A DNA stretch of 63,949 nucleotides, the filler included, from Perkinsus chesapeaki ATCC PRA-425 (taxonomy: Eukaryota > Protista > Perkinsozoa), in the NCBI GenBank assembly GCA_013115145.1. It is 10 parts of 10 records of this genome, joined end to end, with 100 filler letters (N's around TTAATTAATTAA, not from the genome) between each part and the next. Parts side by side here need not be neighbours in the genome. Positions count along the whole stretch, not along the records: positions 6,962 to 34,999 come from JAAPAO010000483.1; 9 more parts are not named here. The stretch is one strand, 5' to 3'. The position numbers were made by a program, and so were the translations under genes. The notes beneath the pieces were generated by a model. The model did no database searches. It was given only the letters and a program-made list of their open reading frames with translations, and was not told the DNA's origin. Below, one piece after another: positions 12,249 to 23,915 of this stretch. Numbering within the stretch: the first letter of the stretch is position 1; each line of letters opens with the position of its first letter.

Positions 12249-14371
12249 TCGAGTCTCTTATATAGTTCCTCGTCGTGTTACGGTGGCGAGAAAAGCACGA
12301 TAAGTAGACGTCGGGGAACGCACTCGCGGTTTGTCCGAGATATCGCTGAACGAGCGCATAACATTGCTGTTGAACTTAAGCTTCTAGCATACAAGTATAC
12401 TTCGAGGAAAAGATTGCGGTGGACATGCCAGAGATTAGATTGATGCGTTGAGAGTCTCAACTTGAGACTGATCCACTTGGTAAGGCCGCTGGTCTGAACC
12501 CTTTGTGTGCTACCTACCAAAGATAGGTTTCCTCCCTGTAGTCCAGGTCTCCTCCCTGTAGTCCGGTCCGAAATTCTATCTACTGGATAGCACCCAAGAT
12601 AGTATCTAGGATGTAGCCTAACAGCTTCTAGACAAGTAAAAGATCAGCAGTAGTACTGACTCATGTACACACAGTACGCTCGCAGCACAGCACATTCCCT
12701 CTTCGATTTATTACGAGAGATAACCTGTGTATGAAGTTCACCGTGAAGTGGGGAACGTTCGCCAAAGTCTTTTGGTACAGCCCACATGCTTGTTATTATT
12801 AAATTACTATATGTGTGAACTCAACGCAGGCATATTGACTGACTGCGAAAATATTTTCTGGACTCGTTAAACATTTCGTCACTGGCAAAAAGATAGAAGA
12901 CCCAACTTCAGCGGAGAGTACCATCATGGCCACCACTTGTAAATTTGTAGCAGGCCGCTCTTGTATGAGACCTCACAGGGAGTACGTTGTGACTGCTGGT
13001 GCCCCTCTTCCCATAACTAGAAGGTGACCGTAAAAAATTATCCGTCACTATTGGTTACCTGTCATGGTTGAGATGTCATTCAAGTCAACGACAGCAGGCG
13101 CAGGCGATGCCGCACGATGCTACCGTTGTTGTACAAAGGTCCCGCTGAAATGTCAACGGAAACTCGGTGCAGAGTACACACCAGCCGCATTGACGATTTC
13201 GGTGATAAGTGTCCGCAGACCTATCTGCTTCAACAGTCGTGGGTAATGTGTTCGTGACAACGGAGATTCCAAGCAGATGCACCATGGCGTAGACGCGGCA
13301 GATCATTGAGGGACTTGCAAGTCAGATAGCACAACAGTTAACTACGCTTAAAGACCAAAACACAGCAAAGGTGGCCTTCAAGATGTTGATAGGCCCCAGG
13401 TTTACATCTGTATGGACCCAGCACAATACTTGTTCTATAGTGAGTGATATGATGGGGACTACCCGGTAGTCACTACCGTGTGCGGATTGATTTGCACGCA
13501 TGAACATTGCCATGGAATGCAGCAGAGGTGGCAAGCGAGGACGATTGAAAAAGTAGTTGCAACTGTGATGGTCGTCGAGTGTCCCTCTCATGTCAAAGAG
13601 AACACCTGAACATTGAATCAACTTGAGTCACTCAAGGTTTAGGTGGAGCATCTAGGAAGTGATTATCTCATGTGCACAGCACATTGCACTGCGCAACACG
13701 CGGATTGCTCCATCGTCATTCAACGCTTTTGTAAGCGGGGACACTTTGCTTGAAACCGTTCCTTGCACTATTAGCCTATTATGTTCAAGCAGATCATGTC
13801 TCGGCCATGTGCGCGTGCATACAAAGTATCACTCGAGCAGCCCGATATCCGCTCTGGTGACACAAGACAGATATTAGGAATCGAATGTTGTGCCTTCAAC
13901 CCGCACGCCGGAGTGCGGAGATGGTCATGTACGCCGTCGGACATGCGAATTCTCGAGAAATGTGTTGAGAGACGGGATGGGTGATGGAGCCTTTAGAGAT
14001 CCACCCTCAGATCTTTACGAAATTAGGGCTGCAATTCTAGACGCTCAGCCCAGCCGGCTTGACTCGCTGTGAGTGAACAGCCGCGCAGGCGAGCGAGAAC
14101 CTGCCCTCCCTGTGACGGGCTGTCTCACGGTGCGCAAACGTATGCAGGAGTCAACTAGACCTAAGTTCCGGACCAACCGTGCGGTGTTGTTGGGTAACGA
14201 AACGATGCACAGATAGAGGGGACTCGTTTGTGGCAGCTTCATCCGGCCCGGACGAAGTGGAGTCCACTCAGTGGACAGACACGGTGAGCAATGCTCACCG
14301 ATCTTTGGTAAGCTCCTAATTCAGGACCCTTGGGATCTGTAGGGAGCAAACGAGCGAAAACCGCTTCTTTT

Positions 14372-14564
14372 TCGGAACGATTTCGGATTCCGAAATCGTT
14401 CCGATGGCTTTCCGCTGCTACTTACGTATGTTGTGTTCTTCTGTCACACTTGAGCGTGTACTTTCAACCTTTAATGTAATGGCCCATAGACTTATTTCGT
14501 TCCGAACGAAATAAGTAGAAGAACACAACATACGTAAGTAGCAGCGGAAAGCCATTGTCACACT
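14372..14564. repeat. Nested inverted-repeat/palindrome structure
   Basis: Perfect 39-bp inverted repeat (14404-14442 / 14517-14555), plus palindromes at 14372-14404 (16-bp arms) and 14490-14516 (13-bp arms). Confidence 0.95.
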
Positions 14565-15410
14565 GACGGAAACAGACTGACAGGTTACATAGAGCTAGTT
14601 CAACTACAGGTCACTAGTGTGACAGCAGCTCATAGCTAGTTTACTATGTGGCAACTAGCCAAGTTTTCACATACTGAGTGACTGGCAAGTTCACATAACC
14701 GGTACAATCGCTCGATAACGTGATGGGCATTCATCATAGGATATTCTCCAAACCGATATGTCTGCGACTCTACTTTGTATCAGTTGGTGAGTTCGAGCCA
14801 GAGTGAATTACCAGTTCAGAGGCTGGAACGACAACCGTGAACATGCCTTACGAAATTACAACGCACAGCAATCTGCTACAGCAGTAAGGTGTACACTGTA
14901 GTTGTAGGTACATGTGCCGCACTGTAACGACTGGTGTCGATAGATATCATGCCGCAAAAGTACACCGTCTCGCTGGCTTACAAACCCGGCATCGTCTACG
15001 TGCGATAGTATCAAACTGGTACTTTGAAGTTCAAATTTTGAGCGGCTTCACCTTTGTGCTATTTCCCACGCTACTCGTTGTGCGGGTAAGACTTGTCAGT
15101 TACAGCCAGCCATAGCTTCGAATGCTAGAGATTTCTTTTTATTGAAGGTGTCGATCATGATGCTGGCTTTCCTCTCTCGTATGTGGCTTGACTTGTCAGT
15201 GAGGCATGGTATAGGAAGTACTCAGCCCCATATTGACATGTTAGACTCGACACTTCGCTGCTTGATGATGAGAACGATAAGATGGGCTGTTGCTCCAACA
15301 AGCAGATGCGACCTAATCTTTGATGGTAGGACCTTCCGCATGCGACAGGAACCCTGTCAAAGGGTGGGGCTAGTAGAGCCCTAGGCTATAATTACAAAGA
15401 TTCTGCCGAC

Positions 15411-16682
15411 TCAAAATTTGCTGATAGTGGCATAAATAGCAACGCACATGACGAACAATGCTGCGACGATGAGAATGGAGCAGAAGGCTAGCAGTGTCTT
15501 GCTCACCGGTGATCCATTCAAGCTCTTCAGCTTTATGTAGCTGATGAGCGGGAGGGCGAATGAGAGCTGAATTGTACCGAAGGCGCCTATAAGGGTCACC
15601 AGCTTGTTCACACTCAAGAAAATGATTCCAACAAGACCTTGGAGTGTCACTAACCCGCTACGAGCACCTAATGTGAGGAAAAAAGATGTTCGAGCTGATA
15701 GCCCCCACTTTTGAGATGCAGAAGAGACAAGTCTGTCTAGAGCAAGAGCAGTGGGGGAGAGTAGAACAACGTAATGCGTAGCCACAACAATGATAATGAC
15801 GATATTTAATATCCAACCGATCACAGATAACGTTCCTGTTGTCGGGGCAATGGCATCTGCAATCGTATCGTAAGTGAGCAAGGAATTCCCGAAGGCAAAA
15901 TAACCCAAGATCATAACTGTACCATATAGCACTATCAAGAACATAGTCGCAATTACCAGAGCAAGCGGGTACCTCAGTGGCTCCTGCATAGCATTTGTGA
16001 TCGTGGGAGCAATTACTGGATGCGATAAAGGGAACAGATAAGTTGCCAGGGACGCTATCAGAACCCAAGGATCACTCGTGGCAAGAGTGTAAGGGCCGGG
16101 CGACTCCTCAGAGACCAAGTGTTGTATACAAGCCGCAATGATAACGGCAAGTAACACCAGAGTAGAAGTGAGTCCAGCGATCGCCAACAAGCCTACATTC
16201 TTAAACTCTTTTACCCAAGATAGTGGAATACCAACAGCTATCCAAATCGCAATCCATGTTCTCCAATTTAATACCTTTGTCAAGGACAATGAGATGGATG
16301 CCTGTAAGACGAGCAAACCTGCGCATACCCCGCTCAAAATGATATGCAAAAGCACACCGAAATAAATACCGCCGAGAGGGCCGAAGGCGGTTAGACCGAC
16401 CGACTCGTAGGTGGGCAATATCGTACCAGACGGGGAATTGGGTTTCATCAGTAGCGACTTCCAAGTTAAATAGCCACCAATAAAAGTCATCGTTGCTGCG
16501 ATACAGAATAGGCATGTTCCAATGACAATTCCACACTCGGCTGCTGTTCGAGGAAGAACTAACATACCGATACCAACAACCGACATTGCTACGCTTGAGG
16601 CTGCCCTTAAAACCGATATGCCTCTTCTGTCCTGTTCCACGACCAAGTCACCTTTACTCGTATCTACCAGTTCACCACTCAT
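15411..16682 (-). CDS. Amino acid transporter (Aa_trans/AAAP family), copy 2, 423 aa, intronless
   Basis: SVAMSVVGIGMLVLP motif; multi-TM; highly similar to copy 1. Confidence 0.92.
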   Translation of the reverse strand: MSGELVDTSKGDLVVEQDRRGISVLRAASSVAMSVVGIGMLVLPRTAAECGIVIGTCLFCIAATMTFIGGYLTWKSLLMKPNSPSGTILPTYESVGLTAFGPLGGIYFGVLLHIILSGVCAGLLVLQASISLSLTKVLNWRTWIAIWIAVGIPLSWVKEFKNVGLLAIAGLTSTLVLLAVIIAACIQHLVSEESPGPYTLATSDPWVLIASLATYLFPLSHPVIAPTITNAMQEPLRYPLALVIATMFLIVLYGTVMILGYFAFGNSLLTYDTIADAIAPTTGTLSVIGWILNIVIIIVVATHYVVLLSPTALALDRLVSSASQKWGLSARTSFFLTLGARSGLVTLQGLVGIIFLSVNKLVTLIGAFGTIQLSFALPLISYIKLKSLNGSPVSKTLLAFCSILIVAALFVMCVAIYATISKF

Positions 16683-18636
16683 ACTGTTTGCTCGGGATTT
16701 AAGAGCTGAAGCGAGCCCGTGAGCGGCGAGTAAGAAGGTGGTGTCCCGTTCAGAGTCACTTTTTGTGTGCGAAGTTGCAGAGCAGGATGTAAAATATCTC
16801 CATCACTCTCAGAAATAGTTATATGAAGAAGTGTTCTGTTCGCCACTGCTAAACTGTTCGAACTGTTAAACTGACAGTATTAGTCTGCTACATGTCGTTC
16901 CCATCTCGCCGAAAGTGTATACTTTCTTTTTAGAGAAGGTGGCCTGTAAAAACATGCCTCCGGTACCTGCCGCCTTCCCAACGCGCGGCAATCTTACGCA
17001 GTCCCCGCACGAACAGTTCTTTCGGGCCTCGTAGTTCACGGTTATTCCCGACAATACAAGTGCTCAAGGCCATATCATGCTCGAGCCGGTGCCCAAGCGA
17101 TCGGCTCTTCTGGAGGCTTCCTTGGATCAGCTAATTGGGAAGAGCTGGAAGGGCTTTCGCTGAACTCATGAACACTTGAGTGGTCCCCGCCCGCAAGGCC
17201 TGATTCTGCCGCACAAATGATAGCACAGAACGCAGACATGTATCGCACCGACATGGGTGATATTGGTGACAATGTGAAGCGCTGATGCCACTGAAGGTTT
17301 GCGAGCGGGTCCCTAGGCTCTAGGACCTGGGCCACAAGTCCTAGGGTGATCAAGCAACTCCCCTTTGCGGGGAAATGATGTGCCTTCTTGTGGTTCACAC
17401 TTTACATGTCAACCTTATACCGCGAAGGAAGTAAGAAATACAAGCGTACTAACCGTATATTCTTAACCTTTCTTGGGTCTCTCCATCAGCTTCTCACACA
17501 ACAGTGTATGAGAGACGAAAGCGAGCAGGCTACTCAACAGGGACACAAGGGCCGCTTCATCTGGTTACAGGGACACGAGTTTCTCTGCGATCCCGGCAAG
17601 GATTCTCTTGTCGCTGGCAATATTCAGTAGTTTGTAGAGACATCATACTGTACGTAGTTAAACGAGTAACGTCACCATTGTGACCACGAGTTTCATCGCT
17701 ATCTGCTTCACATTCTTGAAGGAACGACCTCAGTACAGTGGGCAACAGCTTTCAGCTCACGGTGTTATGCAATCTGCAGTGTACCCCGTGTGGGCGGTCA
17801 CAAAGTGTCGTCTGACTACTATTGGTCTCCCAGAGAAATGCTCTATGCTTTTAGAGGCCTACGTTAGTGAGTTGGGATTTTCTACCTGGTCTAATCCACC
17901 TGGAATCTGGTTAGAGATTTAGCAGTTCACACAAAGTGGTCTGAGAGTTAGCACAAGCACGGTCTTTAGATATTCAGCAGGAATCGAACTAGTGGCGTAT
18001 TTTGTCAGCTAGTAAATAGTCATTCATCGGCCTCCTTGCTAGCTCGGTATGTTCTATTTTGAAACACCGTGTATAATACTTTTGGTCTTCTCTCAGAGAC
18101 ATGCACGAAATAGCTTATCCACGTCGCTCTGGAGTTCAGAATCCGAACGACTCATTTAGTTTGCCGTAACGCAGGGTAATCATGCTTGATACATAGTCCA
18201 ACGGAAGTGGGGGCAAAATGAGTTGGGATGCCCCATTTCCAAGTTAGGCAGCCTAACTCACGCATGATTACCCATGGCCGACAAACGTTCAGAGCTTTAC
18301 GGGTTTTATAGGTTCAAATCACCTTTACTACAATCACCGTGTGCACCTTTGTCAAAGTTTGACTGTCTAACCCCTTCTCAACGTAGCATATTTCTGGAGA
18401 ATCGCTTTACGTCTGGCCGCCAAACGGCCAAAACCCCTTCCGTGACTTCCATCAACCTCTTCAATCCATTCCCCCTACTCGTATGCGTCACGAACCTACG
18501 CCCATACTTTTAATATGTAGTTCCCAATGTGACTCTGGGTCGCGTATTATTTGAAGACTCCTTTCGTGATAACACAACTATCACACAACAGCGAAGATGC
18601 AATGATGCGTAGTCGTACAAATAAAACTTGTAAGTG

Positions 18637-19893
18637 TCAGAGCTGTCGCGCTGTCATGAAGATAGCAACTACGACAACGAATAGCGATACAATAATCGTG
18701 AAAGAACTCATAACCAGCTGCAGTGGTCCAACTGGTGAGCCATTAAGACTCCTAAGTCGTATATAGCTAATAAGAGGAATAATAATCGATATTTGGACCG
18801 CACATAAAGCCCCTAGGAAGGTTACCAGCTTATTCACGCTCAAGAAGGCAATACCAACAAGACCTTGAAGTATCACCAAACCACTACGAGCAGCCAACAC
18901 GAGGAAACGAGAAAGTCGAGGTGACACTGCCCACTTTTCGACTACGACGGATACCACGTTATCTAGAACACGAGCAGTCGGGGAGAGCAGAACAACGTAA
19001 TGTGTAGCCACAACAACTATAATAACGATATTCAATATCCAACCGATCACAGGTAATCTCCCTGTGGTCGGGGCGATGTCATCTGCTATCGTATCATAGT
19101 TGAGCAAGTTATTCCCAAAGGCAAGGTAACCCAAAATCATAACCGAACCGTACAACACTACTAAGAGAACGGTTGCAATGGACAGAGCAATTGGGTATTT
19201 TACAGGCTGGTTCATTGAGGACATGATAGTGGGGCATGTCATAGCATGTACGAAAGGGAAAATGTATGTAGATAAACTGCCTATGATTACCCAGGGTTCA
19301 TTTGTGGTAAAAACGTAGCCTCCAGGAGGCCCTTCCGAGACGAGACGTTGCACACAAGCTACGATGACTATGACGAGCAGGCTTATGGATGAAGTGACCC
19401 CAGCAGCTGCCAGCAAACCGACGTTCTTCATCTCCTTCACCCACGACAAAGGGATACCCACAGCGATCCAGATTACAATCCATAGTCGCCAAGTTAACAC
19501 GTGCGTCAGCGATAGTGAAATCGATGCTTGCAAGACAAGCAAGCCTGCGCATATACCGTTAAGCATCACGTGCACGACTAGTGCAAAATATAAGCCTACT
19601 GGGCGTCCAAAAGCCACAAATCCAAGTGCTTCGAAAGAAGGTATCACTGTGGCAGGTGTATTAGGATTCATAGACAACGATTTAGAAAGTATAAGGCCAC
19701 CCATATAGGTTAGAACCGCCGCGATGATGAATAAACATGTACCGGTAACAATGCCGCATCTCGCCGCTATTAGGGGGAGAACGAGCATGCCAATCCCCAC
19801 AACGGACATCGTAATGCTGCAGGCTGCTCTCAGGACGGAGAGCCCTTCATTACTCTCCCCGCAATCGACTAGCCTCGACGCTTTTTCGGCCAT
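18637..19893 (-). CDS. Amino acid transporter (Aa_trans/AAAP family), copy 3, 418 aa, most diverged
   Basis: ATG at 19893 (MAEKAS...); SITMSVVGIGMLVLP motif; multi-TM. Confidence 0.92.
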   Translation of the reverse strand: MAEKASRLVDCGESNEGLSVLRAACSITMSVVGIGMLVLPLIAARCGIVTGTCLFIIAAVLTYMGGLILSKSLSMNPNTPATVIPSFEALGFVAFGRPVGLYFALVVHVMLNGICAGLLVLQASISLSLTHVLTWRLWIVIWIAVGIPLSWVKEMKNVGLLAAAGVTSSISLLVIVIVACVQRLVSEGPPGGYVFTTNEPWVIIGSLSTYIFPFVHAMTCPTIMSSMNQPVKYPIALSIATVLLVVLYGSVMILGYLAFGNNLLNYDTIADDIAPTTGRLPVIGWILNIVIIVVVATHYVVLLSPTARVLDNVVSVVVEKWAVSPRLSRFLVLAARSGLVILQGLVGIAFLSVNKLVTFLGALCAVQISIIIPLISYIRLRSLNGSPVGPLQLVMSSFTIIVSLFVVVVAIFMTARQL

Positions 19894-22643
19894 GCTAAGA
19901 ACGACGAATATGTTGCAACTGAAAACAGAAAATTTTTGGTAGTAGAGAGTGGACGGTATCCGAAAGCACGATGCAATCAAGCGATTGCTCAGTGAAAAGT
20001 TATTCACACCTCTCCTGGGATATGGTATTTATCAACGCTCCCACTGAAAACCTTCTAACTTGGTGGCCCAACTTGGGGCCAACCTTGTGCCACCGCTGAC
20101 CATGGGCCAGCAATATTGATTGCTTGTTATGAAGCCTCTGGTGTCTCTCAAGCCAATAGCAGGACTTGACCCGACAGCTAGTTGCACTTACGAAATAGCA
20201 CCAGCAAACGACAGAATGCGATCTTCTAACTGTCAAAGACTTTCCTTGGCCTTCTGTGGGTGCAGAGCGCGAGGAGCACTTTCAAGGCGCCTGACTTCTC
20301 ACGGCCAGTCTGCATCGTGAGAGGGGGGGGGTGCAAATAACGTAGACACGTCGGTACATACCCTCTATAGTGGCTCAGCCACTGGCACGATTATGGGATA
20401 ATGCTTGTACCGATTTAGTCGGGAAGGCTGGCAGAGTTGTGCGTACATGTCTCCACGCTCCACGGCTCATACATGGGCGAGCGACATATTGCCCAGGATT
20501 GGTAAGAGGTTTTCGAGACGCGCTTCCTTCTCGGTAAAGCCTCTAAGAGGCGAGGAGCATTAAGGTTAGGAAGCTACGGCTACATTGCTATCAAAAGGCA
20601 ATCATGTATGTAGTCGGACGGGAGTATTGGGTGAGGACAGACAAGCGGCATGTTGTGAAAACCAAACATTGCACGCAGCCGAACACGGACATACAATGTG
20701 GCAAACATAAGTCGCTTGCCGTCGGCAAGTCACCGATCCAGCAAGTGCCAGACCAGCGAAGCGCCGTTTGTCTGTCACACCGTAGGTAACATGAAATGGC
20801 AGATAAATATCCCGAAGCCAACAATTCAAATACCTACGGTGCCTCCCGACCAAACATCGGAAAAAATATACGATAAATGGCAACGAAATCGCTCACGCAA
20901 ACCCTAACCGACGCGATCTCGGAACCCACCAAAGAAGTCAAACGAACAGCGTCTGATTTTCTCTCCGAGATAATGAACAACCTGAAGCACGCTCCTCAAG
21001 ACACAGGCCGGGCGCGCGCCAAGTACACGACGAACTACGGTGCAAAACATTTTTCTAAGGGGAATGTAAGTTTTCTAAGGTGCGTTTCGCTTGCGCCCCA
21101 GATTTTTTCCTGATGAACTACTCCGGCCTCGGCGTACACTTTGTAGCCATAGCGGGATCAAGCCACTCGTTTTCTGGTGCAAACCCAACAGTCGGGACAT
21201 TAGACGAAGAAGGATTAACCATCAGAAAATGTCAGCTTAGTACTATAAAGAGATACAACGGGCACGAGACAATCACACCTACTCGACTGAACTCATGAAA
21301 AGCCTCAAAAAGTAGTACTACTTAAGCGAAAAATCATCCTGCGGGAGTTCCTTCATCCAAGACGCGTGTTCCTGCCGGAACGACGCGGTGGGCAAGCGCT
21401 TCCCAGCACCGGCCAGTGTGAAGGAAAGCATCGAAATACCAAAGTTAAGAAAAGTCTAGCTATTAGCAAAAAAGGTAGAGCATCCGCGTCGCAAGGACAC
21501 GTACGGGGTAGGAGAGCAAAGAGATTCGGCGTCTCAAGCTCAGTTTAGAGCGCGCAGTGCGAGCCAGCCAACCCCCTCTGGCTGCAACTTGATTGAACAT
21601 GTTCTCTGACGAGAACTGTACTTATATTCCTTCGGCTTATACCTGTGTGCCTACTATATTGTATGTAAATCGATGCTGTTCGGCCACGTGTAGCTACGAG
21701 TCACTACATCCCCCTGCTGTTGTTGTCGGTCACGTGATGACCGTTTGTGCGAATTAGGGGAGTTCGCACGCGCACGGTGGGAGTCGCAAGAGAGGATTCG
21801 CCGAGAGGATTCCATTACTTGTCTGAGACAAGTTATGGAACCCTAAGACAACTTGTCCCGAAGTCTCAAGCTATCGTACCTCGGAGCTGTATTGCCTGCC
21901 TGCTAAGCATTACTTTGTATAAAGCCTTTGGGATTGTGCTACCAGTGACTCTGGACCAGAGTCTCTGGTAACACAATCCCGACTCTGGCAGTGCCGACTA
22001 TCGTCTACCGATAGTACCAATCGCCTTATCGATGTCGACTCCGCCTATGCACGGCAGGAGCACTGTTCCGCTCTATTGATGCGTCCACTCCATGAGATGT
22101 GTAAGGCTCTCTCAAAGCTCCGTCGCTGTCCAAAGCTCGAGCAATACAAAGAGTCAAGGATTGGCCTTCAGCGCTGACTTACGCTGCAACTATGGACACG
22201 AGGATGGGAGGGCAGTTTGCTGAAGAGATTGGTGGCTCTCAACAACTGGCAGGAAGCGCCAGCGGATTCTGGCATTGAGAAGTGCTTTTTTAATAACTTT
22301 GTCACTCACAATGAGAATCTCATATCTCATTCAGAGATACATGCGCGCAAGAAGAGCACACCTGCCGACCGATTCGTGGGTAACTATGAATGTAGAATCG
22401 CTCCATTATTCGGAGGAGTAGAATCTCTTGCCGCGGGTTACACCTATACTCGGGGAACCATACGGTGGCGATCACAGTAGAGATGTTGTACTCTGTCGGA
22501 AGTTGCACATAGAATGCATACACTAGCTGAGCCATATTCAGCGTTATACTATGAACTCACACACACTCTATCACTTGGACAGATAGTTATATGGAAAAGT
22601 TTTCTGCTCGCTACTGGCATGAATGATTCATACTAAAAGTACA

Positions 22644-23915
22644 TCAGAATAGGCGAACTGCCTTATACATAGCAACGCCGGTTATGAATAATGATAAAAT
22701 GATGAGCAGATAGCACATGGCCAATTTAACGCCGGTAAAAGGGGAGCCTCGAAGTCTCATGAGTCGCATATAACTGATGAGCGGGATTGTAAATGACAGC
22801 TGGATTGTACCGAAGGCACCAAGGAAAGTTACCAACTTGTTAACACTCAAGAATGCAATTCCAACGACGCCTTGGAGTATCACTAAACCGCTTCGACTAG
22901 CTAATACTAGGAAAAGGGATACTCGAGCCGATAGCCCCCACCTTCGAGATACAGCAGAGACAAGTCCATCTAGAGCAAGAGCAGTGGGAGAGAGTAGAAC
23001 AACGTAATGCGTAGCCACAACAATGATAATGACGATATTTAATATCCAACCGATCACAGATAACGTTCCTGTTGTCGGGGCAATGGCATCTGCAATCGTA
23101 TCGTAAGTGAGCAAGGAATTCCCGAAGGCAAAATAACCCAAGATCATAACTGTACCATATAGCACTATTAGGAGCAGGCTCGAGATTGCGGAAGCAAGCG
23201 GGTACTTCATTGGCTTCTCCATAGCATTTGCAACTGTGGGGGCAAGAACAGGATGTGATAGAGCAAAAATATATGTAGCCAGGCATCCCATCAGAGTCAA
23301 AGGATCACTCGTGGCGAGATTGTAAGGGCCAGCTGGCTCCTCCGAAATAATACGCTGGATACAAGCCACAACGATAACAGCAAGTAAGGACACAGATGAA
23401 GTGACTCCAGCGATTGCCAATAAGCCTACATTCTTCATCTGCTTCACCCAAGATAGCGGAATACCAACAGCTATCCAAATCACAATCCATGCTCGTAAAT
23501 TCAATACCTTCGTCAGGGACAATGAGATAGATGCCTGTAAGACGAGCAAACACGCGCAAATGCCGCTTAAATTCGCGTGTAGAAGAGCACTGAAATAAGC
23601 AGCTGGTAGGTGCCCGAAAGCCGCAAGACCAATGGATTCGAACGTAGGCATTATTGTACCCGGTGGAGCATTAGGCTTCATGAGTAGCGACTTCCAAGTT
23701 AGGTAGCCACCAATATAGGTAATGACCACTGCAATAAATAATAAGCAGCTGCCGGCAATAATGCCGCACTCCTTTGTCGTTAGCGGGAGGACCAACATAC
23801 CAATGCCAACGACCGACATGGTTACGCTGTTGGCTGCTCTCAGCACTGACATGCCTCGTTTAGCCTCTTCAACAGTCAAGATGCCCTTGTTAGTCTCCGA
23901 CAAATTGCTAGACAT
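22644..23915 (-). CDS. Amino acid transporter (Aa_trans/AAAP family), copy 4, 423 aa
   Basis: ATG at 23915 (MSSNLSET...); SVTMSVVGIGMLVLP motif; same length as copies 1 and 2. Confidence 0.92.
   Translation of the reverse strand: MSSNLSETNKGILTVEEAKRGMSVLRAANSVTMSVVGIGMLVLPLTTKECGIIAGSCLLFIAVVITYIGGYLTWKSLLMKPNAPPGTIMPTFESIGLAAFGHLPAAYFSALLHANLSGICACLLVLQASISLSLTKVLNLRAWIVIWIAVGIPLSWVKQMKNVGLLAIAGVTSSVSLLAVIVVACIQRIISEEPAGPYNLATSDPLTLMGCLATYIFALSHPVLAPTVANAMEKPMKYPLASAISSLLLIVLYGTVMILGYFAFGNSLLTYDTIADAIAPTTGTLSVIGWILNIVIIIVVATHYVVLLSPTALALDGLVSAVSRRWGLSARVSLFLVLASRSGLVILQGVVGIAFLSVNKLVTFLGAFGTIQLSFTIPLISYMRLMRLRGSPFTGVKLAMCYLLIILSLFITGVAMYKAVRLF

Noticed and set aside
20590-21300. Several 60-90 aa ORFs between transporter copies 3 and 4
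   Set aside because: No motif, splice logic or consistent frame could be established.
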